Of a stretch of DNA of 64,000 bases, positions 63,590 to 64,000 are shown one piece after another. The stretch comes from Cetorhinus maximus. Taxonomy: Eukaryota. Position numbers and translations under genes: made by a program. The DNA lies in assembly GCF_964194155.1 (NCBI RefSeq), contig NC_135901.1, forward strand, positions 20,274,001 through 20,338,000, in the 5' to 3' direction. Every line of letters starts with the position of its first letter. The stretch's first letter is position 1. Under the pieces are notes generated by a model. That model saw nothing but the letters and a program-made list of their open reading frames with translations, searched no databases and was not told the origin of the DNA.

Positions 63590-64000
63590 ACATTGATACT
63601 GATGAAGTTTGGAAGTCACTGATTCAATCATTTCTGACACAGCAGCAGCAACATTTGGTAAAGGTGGAACCCACAACAAAGACTGGTTTGAGACCCACTC
63701 AGCAGAGGTGACATCTGTCATTGAAGCAAAAAGCAAAACCCACCTGATGCACAACATAAACCCGACAACTAGAGCACTGCATAACTTGAATGTAGCCAAG
63801 ACACTTGTGTAAAAGACCGGGAGAAACTGTATAAGTAAACACTGGATCAGTCTGCGTCCAGGAATCTAAACTGCCTGTGACAATGGAAATCTGCAACGTA
63901 TGGTGGGATCAAGAGGGCGCTTGGTCCGACCATCACCAAATTTGCCCTCCTGAAATCGGAATATGGTGAAGTATTCACCAACAGAAGTAAACAGATGTCC
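63590..64000 (+). mobile_element. RTE-clade LINE fragment running off the window
   Basis: KDWFETHS...GGIKRALGP...LKSEYGEVFTNRSKQM, resembling the RTE endonuclease-RT linker. Confidence 0.65.

Overview
Vertebrate genomic DNA, most likely a cartilaginous fish (inferred from the repeat types and the MEKPWKC-type zinc-finger genes). The window is a dense cluster of about 12 C2H2 zinc-finger loci: four clean ORFs, one with a CTG in place of its start ATG, and about seven disrupted or remnant copies. The proteins are essentially fingers only, with no visible KRAB, SCAN or BTB domain. Most loci share one cassette: CpG-rich promoter, short non-coding exon 1, conserved intron segments, one large exon with a leader of three dead fingers, the finger ORF, and a conserved 3' UTR. 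Four pairs are arranged head-to-head around a shared promoter, and a roughly 3.5-kb inverted duplication links two of them tail-to-tail. The spacers hold CR1-, RTE-, Penelope- and Copia-type retroelements, Deu-domain SINEs and two tRNA pseudogenes. The most notable items are a roughly 3.2-kb LINE that begins with a tRNA-derived SINE head and whose head-plus-tail derivatives are the local SINEs, a TSD-flanked tRNA-Leu/SINE chimera, and fold-back Penelope-derived inserts carrying minimal hammerhead ribozyme motifs. All coordinates and alignments were read by eye and no database search was run.
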